Shown here in pieces: positions 39,432 to 47,385 of a stretch of DNA of 64,000 nt. Position 1 is the stretch's first letter. The number at the start of each line of letters is the position of its first letter. Under the pieces are notes generated by a model. The model saw only the letters and a list, made by a program, of their open reading frames with translations. It was not told the DNA's origin and did no database searches. The translations under genes and the position numbers were made by a program. The stretch comes from an uncultured bacterium (GTDB lineage: Bacteria; Patescibacteriota; Minisyncoccia; Phycocordibacterales; GWA1-40-21). The stretch is from positions 9,026-73,025 of the forward strand of contig CAIKXE010000004.1 of NCBI GenBank assembly GCA_903831305.1, written 5' to 3'.

Positions 39432-39558
39432 ATTAAACCGGAGGTTTAATTAGGACGAGAACGGCGGAGCTATATTTTTTCAGCCGAAAAAATAGCGAGC
39501 CGGTGGCCAGCCTAAAATTTCTGACGAGAAATTTTAAGGCGAGGCCGAGATTCCTACC
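39432..39558 (+). other. tRNA-3'-associated multi-hairpin element
   Basis: TAGGACGAGAAC (near-antisense to the T-arm), AGCC-loop and GACG-loop hairpins, ending in GAGATTCCTAC (T-arm mimic). Confidence 0.65.
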
Positions 39559-39577
39559 AAACTTTCACATCAAAAAT

Positions 39578-41140
39578 ATGGCTCTAAATAAGTACGAGAT
39601 AAAAAAGTTAGATCTACCACTGGAAGTCATAAATGTCATTCAGACCTTGAAGGATAAGGCCTGCCCGCCCTCCGTAGGTGGCAGGCGGGGTTTTGAAGCT
39701 TATCTCATTGGTGGCTGTGTGCGTGATTTGTTATTAAACAGAAAGCCCAAGGACTGGGATGTGACTACAGATGCTACGCCAGAAGAAATAATTGCTTTGT
39801 TTAAGGATACTTTTTATGAGAATAATTACGGTACAGTGGGGATTGTGAATGAGGAAAGTAAAGATGAAACCCTAAAAGTAATCGAGGTTACGCCATATAG
39901 ACTAGAAGCCGAATACTCCGATAATCGCCGGCCAGATCATGTCACTTTTAGTAAAAATTTAGAAGATGATTTACAAAGAAGAGATTTTACTATCAATGCT
40001 ATTGCTCTAGATATAAAAGAAATAGCCAAAAATAAATCTGTTAAAGGCGGGCCAAAGTTTAGCGGAGAGTATCTGGATTATTATAACGGACATGAAGATC
40101 TGCAGGCTAAAATCATACGGACAGTGGGGGAAGCACATGATAGATTCACGGAAGATGGCCTCCGCATCCTCCGGGCGGTGAGAATTGCCACGGAAATCGG
40201 CTTTTGTATTGATAAAAAGACGGAAAAAGCCATAGTTACGAACGCTTCCTTACTTACCAATATCGCCAAGGAGAGAATCCGTGATGAATTTACCAAGATA
40301 ATTATGTCTGACAACCCCATGGCCGGACTTGTATTATGCCGTAAAATGGGCTTAATTCCTTATATTATACCAAAAATTGAGTCCACAGTGAGTGTTGAGC
40401 AGAGCCGGTCCCATATTTATGATGTTTTTGAGCATAGTTTACGCTCTTTACAGCACACCGCAGATAAAAAATACCCCTTGGAGATACGCCTGGCGGCTTT
40501 GTTTCATGATATCGGCAAGCCACCTACCAGAAGACGTGATAAAGAGCAGGATATTTGGACTTTCTATGGTCATGAGGTAACGGGGGCCAAAATAGTGGCC
40601 GAGATTTTAGCGGATTTACGATTTCCCAAAAAAATAATTGAAAAAGTGACCAAACTGGTGCGCTGGCATATGTTTTTTGCAGATACAGAACAAATATCCC
40701 TGTCCGCCGTACGCCGGATTATTTCTAGTGTCGGCCGTGATAATATTTGGGATCTGATGAACTTGAGGGGAGCGGATAGAATGGGTATGGGAAGGCCAAA
40801 AGAGAGCCCCTACCGCTTGAGAAAGTATCATTCGATGGTGGAGGAGGCTATGACAGATCCCGTGTCTGTAGGCATGCTCGAGATTGATGGTGCCCAGGTG
40901 ATGAAATTCACTGGTGAGGCACCCGGACCAAAAATTGGTTATATGTTACACGCTCTGCTGGAAGAAATGCTAGAAAATCCGGCCCTAAACACGGAAGAGT
41001 ATTTAAAGAAAAGAGCCAAGGAATTAGCCAAATTAGACGCTAATGACCTTAAAAAGCTAGGGGATTCTGGTAAAGAAACCAAGGAAAAAGAAGAGGAAAA
41101 GAAAATTGAGGAAATTCGTAAAAAACATTGGGTGCAGTAA
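39578..41140 (+). CDS. cca: CCA tRNA nucleotidyltransferase with HD domain (start reassigned to MALNK)
   Basis: GGCVRDLLL, DWDVTT, RRDFTINA, EDGLRILRAVR and FHDIGKP motifs. Confidence 0.92.
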   Translation: MALNKYEIKKLDLPLEVINVIQTLKDKACPPSVGGRRGFEAYLIGGCVRDLLLNRKPKDWDVTTDATPEEIIALFKDTFYENNYGTVGIVNEESKDETLKVIEVTPYRLEAEYSDNRRPDHVTFSKNLEDDLQRRDFTINAIALDIKEIAKNKSVKGGPKFSGEYLDYYNGHEDLQAKIIRTVGEAHDRFTEDGLRILRAVRIATEIGFCIDKKTEKAIVTNASLLTNIAKERIRDEFTKIIMSDNPMAGLVLCRKMGLIPYIIPKIESTVSVEQSRSHIYDVFEHSLRSLQHTADKKYPLEIRLAALFHDIGKPPTRRRDKEQDIWTFYGHEVTGAKIVAEILADLRFPKKIIEKVTKLVRWHMFFADTEQISLSAVRRIISSVGRDNIWDLMNLRGADRMGMGRPKESPYRLRKYHSMVEEAMTDPVSVGMLEIDGAQVMKFTGEAPGPKIGYMLHALLEEMLENPALNTEEYLKKRAKELAKLDANDLKKLGDSGKETKEKEEEKKIEEIRKKHWVQ

Positions 41141-41142
41141 GG

Positions 41143-41318
41143 AAAAAGCCCAGAATTGTTTGATTTTAAAATGTCTGGCCCTAGTCTGCGACGGGAGATC
41201 CGAGGACTTTTAAAATTAAATAATTCTGGGCTTTTTATACATAATATTTAAAATCCCCAGGAAAATCCTCTCCGCTTAACGTCAGAACTAATCGCTCCGA
41301 GGAAATTCCTGGGGATTT
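41143..41318. repeat. Adjacent family B (41143-41237) and family C (41250-41318) elements
   Basis: B core ...ATGTCTGGCC...GATCCGAGGACTTTT; C core CTCTCCGCTTAACGTCAGAACTAATCGCTCCGAG. Confidence 0.82.
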
Positions 41319-41797
41319 TATGAAATCAAAAAACCGCCCCTCAGTGTTTTCTTAGTCGGTAAGAAGACGTTTTGGAACGGTTTTGAAGCCGGTTCCTTTT
41401 GTTTTTGTTGGTACCGTACTTCACGATATGTGTGACATTGATCAGATGTCATTTTTTACTTAAAGAACTGATATTTTCTTCAACACTTTTGGCTGGAGAT
41501 ATTTTGCCGCTTGTGTTGGTCTGGTATTATTATATTCTTTATAAAAGACATGTAAAGGACAGACCTGTGGATAACTTTTTATTCTGTCCTTTATAACGGA
41601 CAACCACCAAAACGAGAGAAGCAAAAAATGTTGTCTTTCATTTGATCCTTATTTTATATTATATTTTTGATATTTAAATTACTCTTGACTTATATCTTAC
41701 ACTATGCCATATTGTTTTACAGAACGTTTTTCATGACTGCTCTCTACGAGCGGGTGGAAACGAAAAGTGTCCTTTCAATGAAAGAGGTCAGGGAAAA

Positions 41798-42082
41798 ATG
41801 AGTAAGGATGTTGTCAAGAAGTTTGAGGAGATCGTCGCCACGACCAGTCCCCGAGTTCGCTTCCGGATCAATAACCACGGCTTGGAAAATGGCGACTTTT
41901 ACCTTTTCCTGTGGAAAGTTGCAACAAGAAGAGAAGAGGCCGTCTTCCTGAGGGATGACGACAAGGTGACCCTCTGCCGTCTGGCTGAACGGCTGGCTGA
42001 AATGCTCGGCAAAGATCTGAGGAACGTCAGCCTCGACCGGGGCTATGAACTAACATATAACCTCCTCACTCCCAAGAAATAG
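41798..42082 (+). CDS. Orphan hypothetical protein (94 aa)
   Basis: Upstream TTGACT-N17-CATATT promoter-like site and a purine-rich RBS; higher GC than flanks; followed by the island repeat. Confidence 0.65.
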   Translation: MSKDVVKKFEEIVATTSPRVRFRINNHGLENGDFYLFLWKVATRREEAVFLRDDDKVTLCRLAERLAEMLGKDLRNVSLDRGYELTYNLLTPKK

Positions 42083-42095
42083 GGAGCGGGGGGCT

Positions 42096-42193
42096 TTCCG
42101 CTATGATGGCGGACGCGAGTGGGAGAACGCGTGAGTTTCTCCCCTTTATTCAGTGCAAGATCTAAATCGTGCCTTGATAGAGAAAAACTATTT
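42096..42193 (+). repeat. 98-bp direct repeat, copy 1 (double-hairpin motif plus an imperfect long hairpin)
   Basis: 89/98 identical by hand alignment to 44440-44537. Confidence 0.92.
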
Positions 42194-42989
42194 ATTCTTT
42201 GATCCTTGATTTTTCTATAAGCTCATCACTTTGTTTTTCTGACATTTTCCAAGTGTACTCAAAAAATATTTTAAAAGTCTCCGCTATATTTTTATTCTCA
42301 ATAATCGTAGTAAATAAATTATCCTTGTAGGATGTGATTCCCACTTTATCACCGTAAATAAGTATCTGGGCGGGGACATTAAACTGCTCCCATGGAACCC
42401 AGCACCTAGTTACACTATTATTCTTATCATTTTGGGAAATATGAGATAAAGACATATTTTTTGCTGGAGAAATAACTCTAGTTTTTATACCCTTTTTTAC
42501 TTGCTTCTCAATTTGAGAAGCAACCAAATCCTTGAGCTCAAGTGTATCGTCATCCATGGGAGACCTAATTAACCTAATATCTTGAGTCTCAAAAAGTATA
42601 TCTTCATAAAGTTTATTCAAACCATCCTTACCTTCAAAAAAACGAACATTAGGCTTGCCTGAGAAAAAGTTATATTCAGAAACCAAACTACCAATAATAT
42701 TTTCGATTGAATTTTTGGCGAGCTTAGCCTCCTTTTGTTTCTTTTCAACTAGTTCTAGTATTTTTGAGGGATGAAGGCAGGTAAAAAGGGCAATCTTTGA
42801 AATTCTTTCATTTTTTTCAATCAGACCAAGAGTTACAAGGTCATCCAACACCTTGTAAGCAAGACCACGTTTCAGACCAGCCGAAATAGCTACCTTTCTA
42901 GCAGGCATAAAACCGCCTTTTAATAAAACTTGATAAACATTTGCCTGATCCTTTGTCAGGCCTGATTGAATTAAAAATTGCTCATACAT
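42192..42989 (-). CDS. TrmB-family transcriptional regulator (wHTH plus effector domain)
   Basis: GLT..QA.VY..LL, KRGLAY.VL..L...GLI, PNVRFFEG..G and IYGDKV motifs typical of CPR TrmB-like regulators. Confidence 0.85.
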   Translation of the reverse strand: MYEQFLIQSGLTKDQANVYQVLLKGGFMPARKVAISAGLKRGLAYKVLDDLVTLGLIEKNERISKIALFTCLHPSKILELVEKKQKEAKLAKNSIENIIGSLVSEYNFFSGKPNVRFFEGKDGLNKLYEDILFETQDIRLIRSPMDDDTLELKDLVASQIEKQVKKGIKTRVISPAKNMSLSHISQNDKNNSVTRCWVPWEQFNVPAQILIYGDKVGITSYKDNLFTTIIENKNIAETFKIFFEYTWKMSEKQSDELIEKSRIKE

Positions 42990-43220
42990 GCAAGTATAAT
43001 ACTAAATTAAAACAGATTTGTCATGTATTAATGACGAAAATAGACTATTCTATATGTACTTTTTATTGTATTATCAAGATTTTATAACAATATTTGACAT
43101 ACCCTACTTATTGGGTTGACATTTATGGTAGGTATGCTAAGATTGTATCAGAAGGTTAGATCCTCGAAAGAAGATAGTGGCTTTATGTAGGTGTGCCAAT
43201 GAACACCAGAGGAGAGAGAT

Positions 43221-43604
43221 ATGAAGTTCGTATTCGTCATGCAACACGTGCCGACAACTGAGCAGTTGTCGGCGGCCGGAGCCGAGGGGCGGGAAGTCGT
43301 TCAGCTGGCCGACAAGAAGTTGTTGGCCGTGCCGGACGACGCATCCCTCGGGCGCGACTGGTTCACCACTCGCGCCGCCGAGATCTTGGCCGCGGTCGGT
43401 GGGCTCCAGGAGGGGGACACTCTCCACGTCATGGGTCAGCAGCAGCTGGCCATGGTGGTCTCGGCGATGGGACGCAAGGCCGGGGCGACACTCGTCGAGA
43501 GTGTCACACCTCGCACCTCTAAGGAGGTGACTCAGCCCGACGGGTCCGTGAGGAAGGAGAGTGTTTTCTCCTTCGCGGGGTTCCGCACAGTCCACCAGTA
43601 CTGA
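43221..43604 (+). CDS. Csx20-like small CARF-related protein (putative ring nuclease)
   Basis: F(V)MQH.PT.EQ, GDTLHVMG, T.R.S.E and DGSVRKESVF...GFR match the motif order I recall for Csx20; GC-rich; RBS GAGGAG. Confidence 0.6.
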   Translation: MKFVFVMQHVPTTEQLSAAGAEGREVVQLADKKLLAVPDDASLGRDWFTTRAAEILAAVGGLQEGDTLHVMGQQQLAMVVSAMGRKAGATLVESVTPRTSKEVTQPDGSVRKESVFSFAGFRTVHQY

Positions 43605-43618
43605 CCGACTGGTGAAAA

Positions 43619-43664
43619 TGCCGGTATAATGCCGGCCGTTAAGGGAGAACGCGTAAGTTTCTCC
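43619..43664 (+). ncRNA. Double-hairpin motif, short copy
   Basis: GCCGGTA-TAA-TGCCGGC followed by GGAGAA-C-GC-GTAA-GT-TTCTCC. Confidence 0.6.
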
Positions 43665-43739
43665 TCTGTCCTCCGCTAAGCGGGGCTGATGAGACTTCCA
43701 TTACAATCTCGTTTGAGGTTGGTGGTAAGACGAAACAGA
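43665..43739 (+). ncRNA. Type III hammerhead ribozyme 1
   Basis: UCUGU-C / stem I CUCCGC-UAA-GCGGGG / CUGAUGA / extended stem II (A.A mismatch at the second pair) / GAAA-CAGA; predicted cleavage after GUC at 43670. Confidence 0.8.
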
Positions 43740-43764
43740 TGTTCTTTGAGAGAAGAGAGATACC

Positions 43765-43881
43765 ATGACAACAAATGATTGGATTCAGATAACCCAGGAA
43801 GTAACAAAGGTACTCCATTTGGTAATGGGACCATTCGCAATCGCGTATTGGCTTTCCGTTGCGCTTAGGAAAAAACCATAA
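43765..43881 (+). CDS. 38-aa hydrophobic peptide MTTNDWIQITQEVTKVLHLVMGPFAIAYWLSVALRKKP
   Basis: Manual translation; purine-rich RBS (GAGAGAAGAGAGA); lies between the two hammerheads. Confidence 0.55.
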   Translation: MTTNDWIQITQEVTKVLHLVMGPFAIAYWLSVALRKKP

Positions 43882-43930
43882 ACGAGAGGAGGTGATGCGT
43901 GGAGTTGAGGGACTCCAAATTAAAACCCTC

Positions 43931-43981
43931 CTGTTCCACGAGTGTGTACTTGTGCTGATGAGTCCAAGAGGACGAAAACAG
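43931..43981 (+). ncRNA. Type III hammerhead ribozyme 2
   Basis: CUGUU-C / stem I CACGAGU-GUGU-ACUUGUG / CUGAUGA / GUCC-AAGA-GGAC / GAAA-ACAG; complete core; predicted cleavage after UUC at 43936. Confidence 0.92.
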
Positions 43982-44028
43982 AGTTCTTTGTTAAAAATTT
44001 CCAGATAATATAGAGGGGGGGATAGGAT

Positions 44029-44370
44029 ATGTGGAACAATGAAGAGCGGTTAACATGTGTTAATGGCGGGGCCAGTTGGGGTCCGGCGACCGTTAAGGCG
44101 GACTTTGGCACCTGGGAAGACCAGTGGGCAACTCTCGGAATTTCCCATGGTCAAGTTTTGACCCTTACCCAAAAAGAAAAGCTAGAGGAATTCAGGAGTG
44201 GGTATATGGGAGATTTTTCAGGCATTCAATTCAAAGCGGAAGAGGGGCGGGTAACACCCGAACTTCTGGCGCTATGGGCCGAGTTAGCTAGAATTGTCCA
44301 AAAAACGGAAAAGAGTTGCAAGCAGGCAACTCAAGATGAACATTATAGGAGGTTTGGTATTAGAATTTGA
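44029..44370 (+). CDS. Orphan hypothetical protein (113 aa)
   Basis: G-rich RBS upstream; follows hammerhead 2. Confidence 0.65.
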   Translation: MWNNEERLTCVNGGASWGPATVKADFGTWEDQWATLGISHGQVLTLTQKEKLEEFRSGYMGDFSGIQFKAEEGRVTPELLALWAELARIVQKTEKSCKQATQDEHYRRFGIRI

Positions 44371-44439
44371 AAATACAGTTTTTGTCCCCGTTTGCACTAT
44401 AAGCAAATGGAGAGTCCAGAGGAAGCAGAGCCTCTCAAA

Positions 44440-44537
44440 TTCCGCTATAATGACGGACGCAGATGGGAGAACGCGTGAGTTTCTCCCCTTTATTCAGTGC
44501 AGGATCTAAATCATGCTTTGATAGAGGAAAACTATTT
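44440..44537 (+). repeat. 98-bp direct repeat, copy 2
   Basis: Matches 42096-42193; overlaps the xth stop codon. Confidence 0.92.
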
Positions 44538-45296
44538 TAACTCCAGCATCACCGGACAGTGATCACTGCCGAGCATATTGTCCAGAATTTCCGCCCGTTT
44601 CAAGACGGGGAGGAGATCAGGAGAGATGAAAAAATAATCCAACCGCCAACCCACATTCCGCTCCCGAGCAAAAGTCTTCATGTCCCACCAGCTATATTTT
44701 ACTTGCTCCGGATGCAAAGTTCTAAACGTATCTAAATAACCCTTACTGATGACTTTATCCAGCCAATCCCGCTCAATTCGGAGGAAACCAGTGTGATTGG
44801 AATTCTCTTTTGGTCGAGACAAATCTATTTCATTGTGCGCGGTATTTATATCACCGCAAAAAATAACTTTTTTATCTGACTTTCTCAACTTTTCTATAAA
44901 AATCAAAAATTGCTCGTAAAATTCTAATTTATATTTCAACCGCTCCGGATCCACCCCACCGTTTGGAAAGTAACCGTTTAAAAGCACAAAATCCTGGAAA
45001 TAAGCGATGATCATCCGCCCCTCCTTATCCAAATCCCCATTACCCAAACTATATTCCACTTTTTCCGGTTTTATTTTACTGAAGATAGCCACCCCGCTAT
45101 AGCCCTGACGCATTTTAGAATGATCAAAATAAGCGTGATACCCAGCCGGGTTTTTTACTTCCTCCGGTAGCTGATCTGGATGAGCTTTAGTTTCCTGCAA
45201 ACAAAAAATATCTGGATCCAGCTCAAAAATACTATTGAAAGCACCTTTCTTATAAAAAGCCCGGAGACCATTTACGTTCCAAGATATTAATTTCAT
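44532..45296 (-). CDS. xth: Exodeoxyribonuclease III
   Basis: ISWNVNGLRA, CLQETK, GYSGV, CGDIN, GWRLDY and GSDHCP motifs. Confidence 0.96.
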   Translation of the reverse strand: MKLISWNVNGLRAFYKKGAFNSIFELDPDIFCLQETKAHPDQLPEEVKNPAGYHAYFDHSKMRQGYSGVAIFSKIKPEKVEYSLGNGDLDKEGRMIIAYFQDFVLLNGYFPNGGVDPERLKYKLEFYEQFLIFIEKLRKSDKKVIFCGDINTAHNEIDLSRPKENSNHTGFLRIERDWLDKVISKGYLDTFRTLHPEQVKYSWWDMKTFARERNVGWRLDYFFISPDLLPVLKRAEILDNMLGSDHCPVMLELK

Positions 45297-45368
45297 GCTC
45301 TAATACTAGCATGAAATTAGTATGAGTATAAAGTATAAGTATGTTCTGGAGTCTTTTTGTGCAGTTAG

Positions 45369-45722
45369 CTACTTTAAAAAAGTAAAAAGTTTACCAATAA
45401 CTGGCAATGGTTCCATTTTTCTTTCTAAAACATTTTTAATACCGATAATTAAGAGGGCGAGTATGGCAATATTCCAAATTCCTTTAAACCAAGTCAGTAT
45501 TGAGAGCCAAAATGGTAAATAATCCACTCCAAAATTACCGACAATAGCAACCAGCAACAAAATTATTCCCTGATTGATATGATAATTTAAAAATGAGGAA
45601 CGATTCTTCACCGCGAATAGGGGAATAAGAAATAAAATGTAAGCCAGTATGCCCCATAACTTATCATTATCAATCTGGTGATCAGGATTTACCGCTGGCA
45701 TTTGTTGATTTGAATTATCCAT
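45369..45722 (-). CDS. DUF4870-like small membrane protein
   Basis: GILAYILFLIPL...YHINQG...LPVIG. Confidence 0.75.
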   Translation of the reverse strand: MDNSNQQMPAVNPDHQIDNDKLWGILAYILFLIPLFAVKNRSSFLNYHINQGIILLLVAIVGNFGVDYLPFWLSILTWFKGIWNIAILALLIIGIKNVLERKMEPLPVIGKLFTFLK

Positions 45723-45764
45723 AATTTTAAATTATTAAATTAATAATAAAGGTATTATAACATA

Positions 45765-45882
45765 AAAACGGGATGATAAAATAATATGATTTTGGAGGCT
45801 TCACAGCCGGGTAGGCGAGAGAGAGCAAATTTTCAGCAGAAAATTATGCGCACTCCAAAAATTATACTATTTTATCATCCCC
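45765..45882. repeat. Family D structured repeat (inverted copy)
   Basis: AATATGATTTTGGAGGCTTCACAGCCGGGTAGGCGAGAGAGAGCAAATTTTCAGCAGAAAATTATGCGCACTCCAAAA. Confidence 0.9.
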
Positions 45883-45883
45883 C

Positions 45884-46831
45884 TTAACTCTTATTATGAA
45901 ACTTTTTGTGAATGTCACGGAGATGCTTATCCGTCACATGAGTGTAGATCTGCGTGGTGATAATACTGGAGTGGCCAAGCATGGTCTGGACCGAGCGAAT
46001 ATCCGCCCCATTGCTCAGTAAATCTGTAGCAAAGACGTGCCGGATGACGTGCGGGGTGACTTTTTTAGTAATACCCGCAATAGTGGCATAACGTTTGACT
46101 ATCCTTTCCACGGACCGGCCGGTCAGAGCGGTGACCTTCCCAGAGATGGATTGCTCCCGGTTCTTATCAATCGTCACAAATAATGCTTCAGACAAATCTT
46201 TACGTACCGCCAAGTAATCCCGGATGGCTTTCTTGGCATCATCAGACAGGAAAACCACGCGCACTTTTCCTCCCTTACCGCGAATAGAAAATTCATCCAA
46301 ATTCAAATCTAAATCCGTGGTCAAAGAACAAAGCTCAGATACACGTAAACCAGTAGAAAAAAGTAACTCCAAAAGTGCTTTATCTCGCGCTCGGCGCTCC
46401 AGATTTTGCTCTTGATTCGGCGCTTCAAGCAAGCGCTGTAATTCTTGGAGGGAAATCAGATCAATGGATCGCTCGCCGACTTTAGCGAGCTCGATATTGT
46501 CTGCTGGCAGGGAAGTGACGCCTCGGCGCGCCAAAAATTTCAGAAAGACGCGCAAAGCAATCAGGTAATAGTTTTGCGTCTTCTTGGCCATGGTGCCACC
46601 GGCCCGCGCTGGTGTACCAAACAAGTGGTAGGCCTTGGCTCCCGGCCGGCGGTTCAGCCAAATGCGGAATTCGCGGATTTTCTCATTGGTGATGTCCTTG
46701 GGATCCGTGATTTTAGTCTGCTCCAGGAAAAAAGTCAGATACCGGTCATAGCGGTCAATGGTTTTCAGGGCTCGGCCTTTTTCTATTTCCAAATATTCCA
46801 AAAATTGAGTTTTATATTCCTTGATATTCAT
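45884..46831 (-). CDS. XerC/XerD-family tyrosine recombinase (start at MNIKEY)
   Basis: TGLRVSEL, GKGGKVR, HVIRH, LGH and TTQIYTHV catalytic motifs. Confidence 0.92.
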   Translation of the reverse strand: MNIKEYKTQFLEYLEIEKGRALKTIDRYDRYLTFFLEQTKITDPKDITNEKIREFRIWLNRRPGAKAYHLFGTPARAGGTMAKKTQNYYLIALRVFLKFLARRGVTSLPADNIELAKVGERSIDLISLQELQRLLEAPNQEQNLERRARDKALLELLFSTGLRVSELCSLTTDLDLNLDEFSIRGKGGKVRVVFLSDDAKKAIRDYLAVRKDLSEALFVTIDKNREQSISGKVTALTGRSVERIVKRYATIAGITKKVTPHVIRHVFATDLLSNGADIRSVQTMLGHSSIITTQIYTHVTDKHLRDIHKKFHNKS

Positions 46832-46844
46832 GTCGTACAATATT

Positions 46845-46970
46845 ATACACCACCTCGTCATCAGAATGCCACTCCTCCTAAGAATAGGAGGAGATGAAGC
46901 CCACCCGAAGTTACGTCTTACTCTCCGCCTATCTTAGGAGGAGTACCGAGTCTGCGAGGGGAGGTGGTAT
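46845..46970. repeat. Family A REP-like doublet
   Basis: CTCCTCCTAAGAATAGGAGGAG and ...TTAGGAGGAGTACCGAGTCTGCGAGGGGAGGTGGTAT. Confidence 0.78.
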
Positions 46971-47010
46971 GGGCCTTGCATTTTTAGGAGAAACGTGCTA
47001 ACATCCTAAA

Positions 47011-47271
47011 ATGCTTACAAAAACCAAAAAGGCAAAAGTTATCAAGGAAGTAGCGGTTCATGACACCGATACTGGTTCTACTGAAGTCCAAGTGGCTGTT
47101 TTGTCCAAAAGAATTGATGAATTAGCCTCTCATTTAAAGAAAAATCCCAAGGATAATCACTCCCGCCGTGGCTTGCTGGGTATGGTGGCTGATCGCCGAA
47201 CTCATCTTAAATACTTGGAGAAGAAGAACTTGAAGCGCTACACCGCTTTGGTTAAGAAACTTGGTTTATAA
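47011..47271 (+). CDS. rpsO: 30S ribosomal protein S15
   Basis: DTGSTEVQVA and HLKKNPKDNHSRRGLL motifs. Confidence 0.97.
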   Translation: MLTKTKKAKVIKEVAVHDTDTGSTEVQVAVLSKRIDELASHLKKNPKDNHSRRGLLGMVADRRTHLKYLEKKNLKRYTALVKKLGL

Positions 47272-47385
47272 TTAAACTCCACAAAATATAGTAACTATAT
47301 TCTTGCTCCGTTTAATTTACAGCTATTGAATATGCTATACTGTAAGTAGGTCGAATTTTTAATAAAAAATTAATTATATTTTAAT

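Noticed and set aside
37316-39449. ORFs 37316-37540(-) and 39243-39449(+)
   Set aside because: They overlap a palindromic tRNA trailer and tRNA genes, respectively.
41330-41600. Possible small gene or ncRNA on the minus strand
   Set aside because: Only short frames with no recognisable motif; left unexplained.
41720-41765. Hairpin ending in GAAACG upstream of the 94-aa ORF, considered as another hammerhead
   Set aside because: No CUGANGA core and no stem I; it is only a simple hairpin.
43137-43595. 152-aa minus-strand ORF
   Set aside because: Antisense shadow of the GC-rich Csx20-like gene, which has the promoter and RBS.
44440-44490. TATAAT...GTTTCT resemblance to a purine riboswitch
   Set aside because: No P1/P2/P3 junction or loop-loop signature, and the motif lies 3' of genes.
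42096-44537. Integron attC array or CRISPR array
   Set aside because: The repeats lack RYYYAAC/GTTRRRY ends and regular short spacers; the nearby recombinase looks like a housekeeping Xer, and there are no cas genes.
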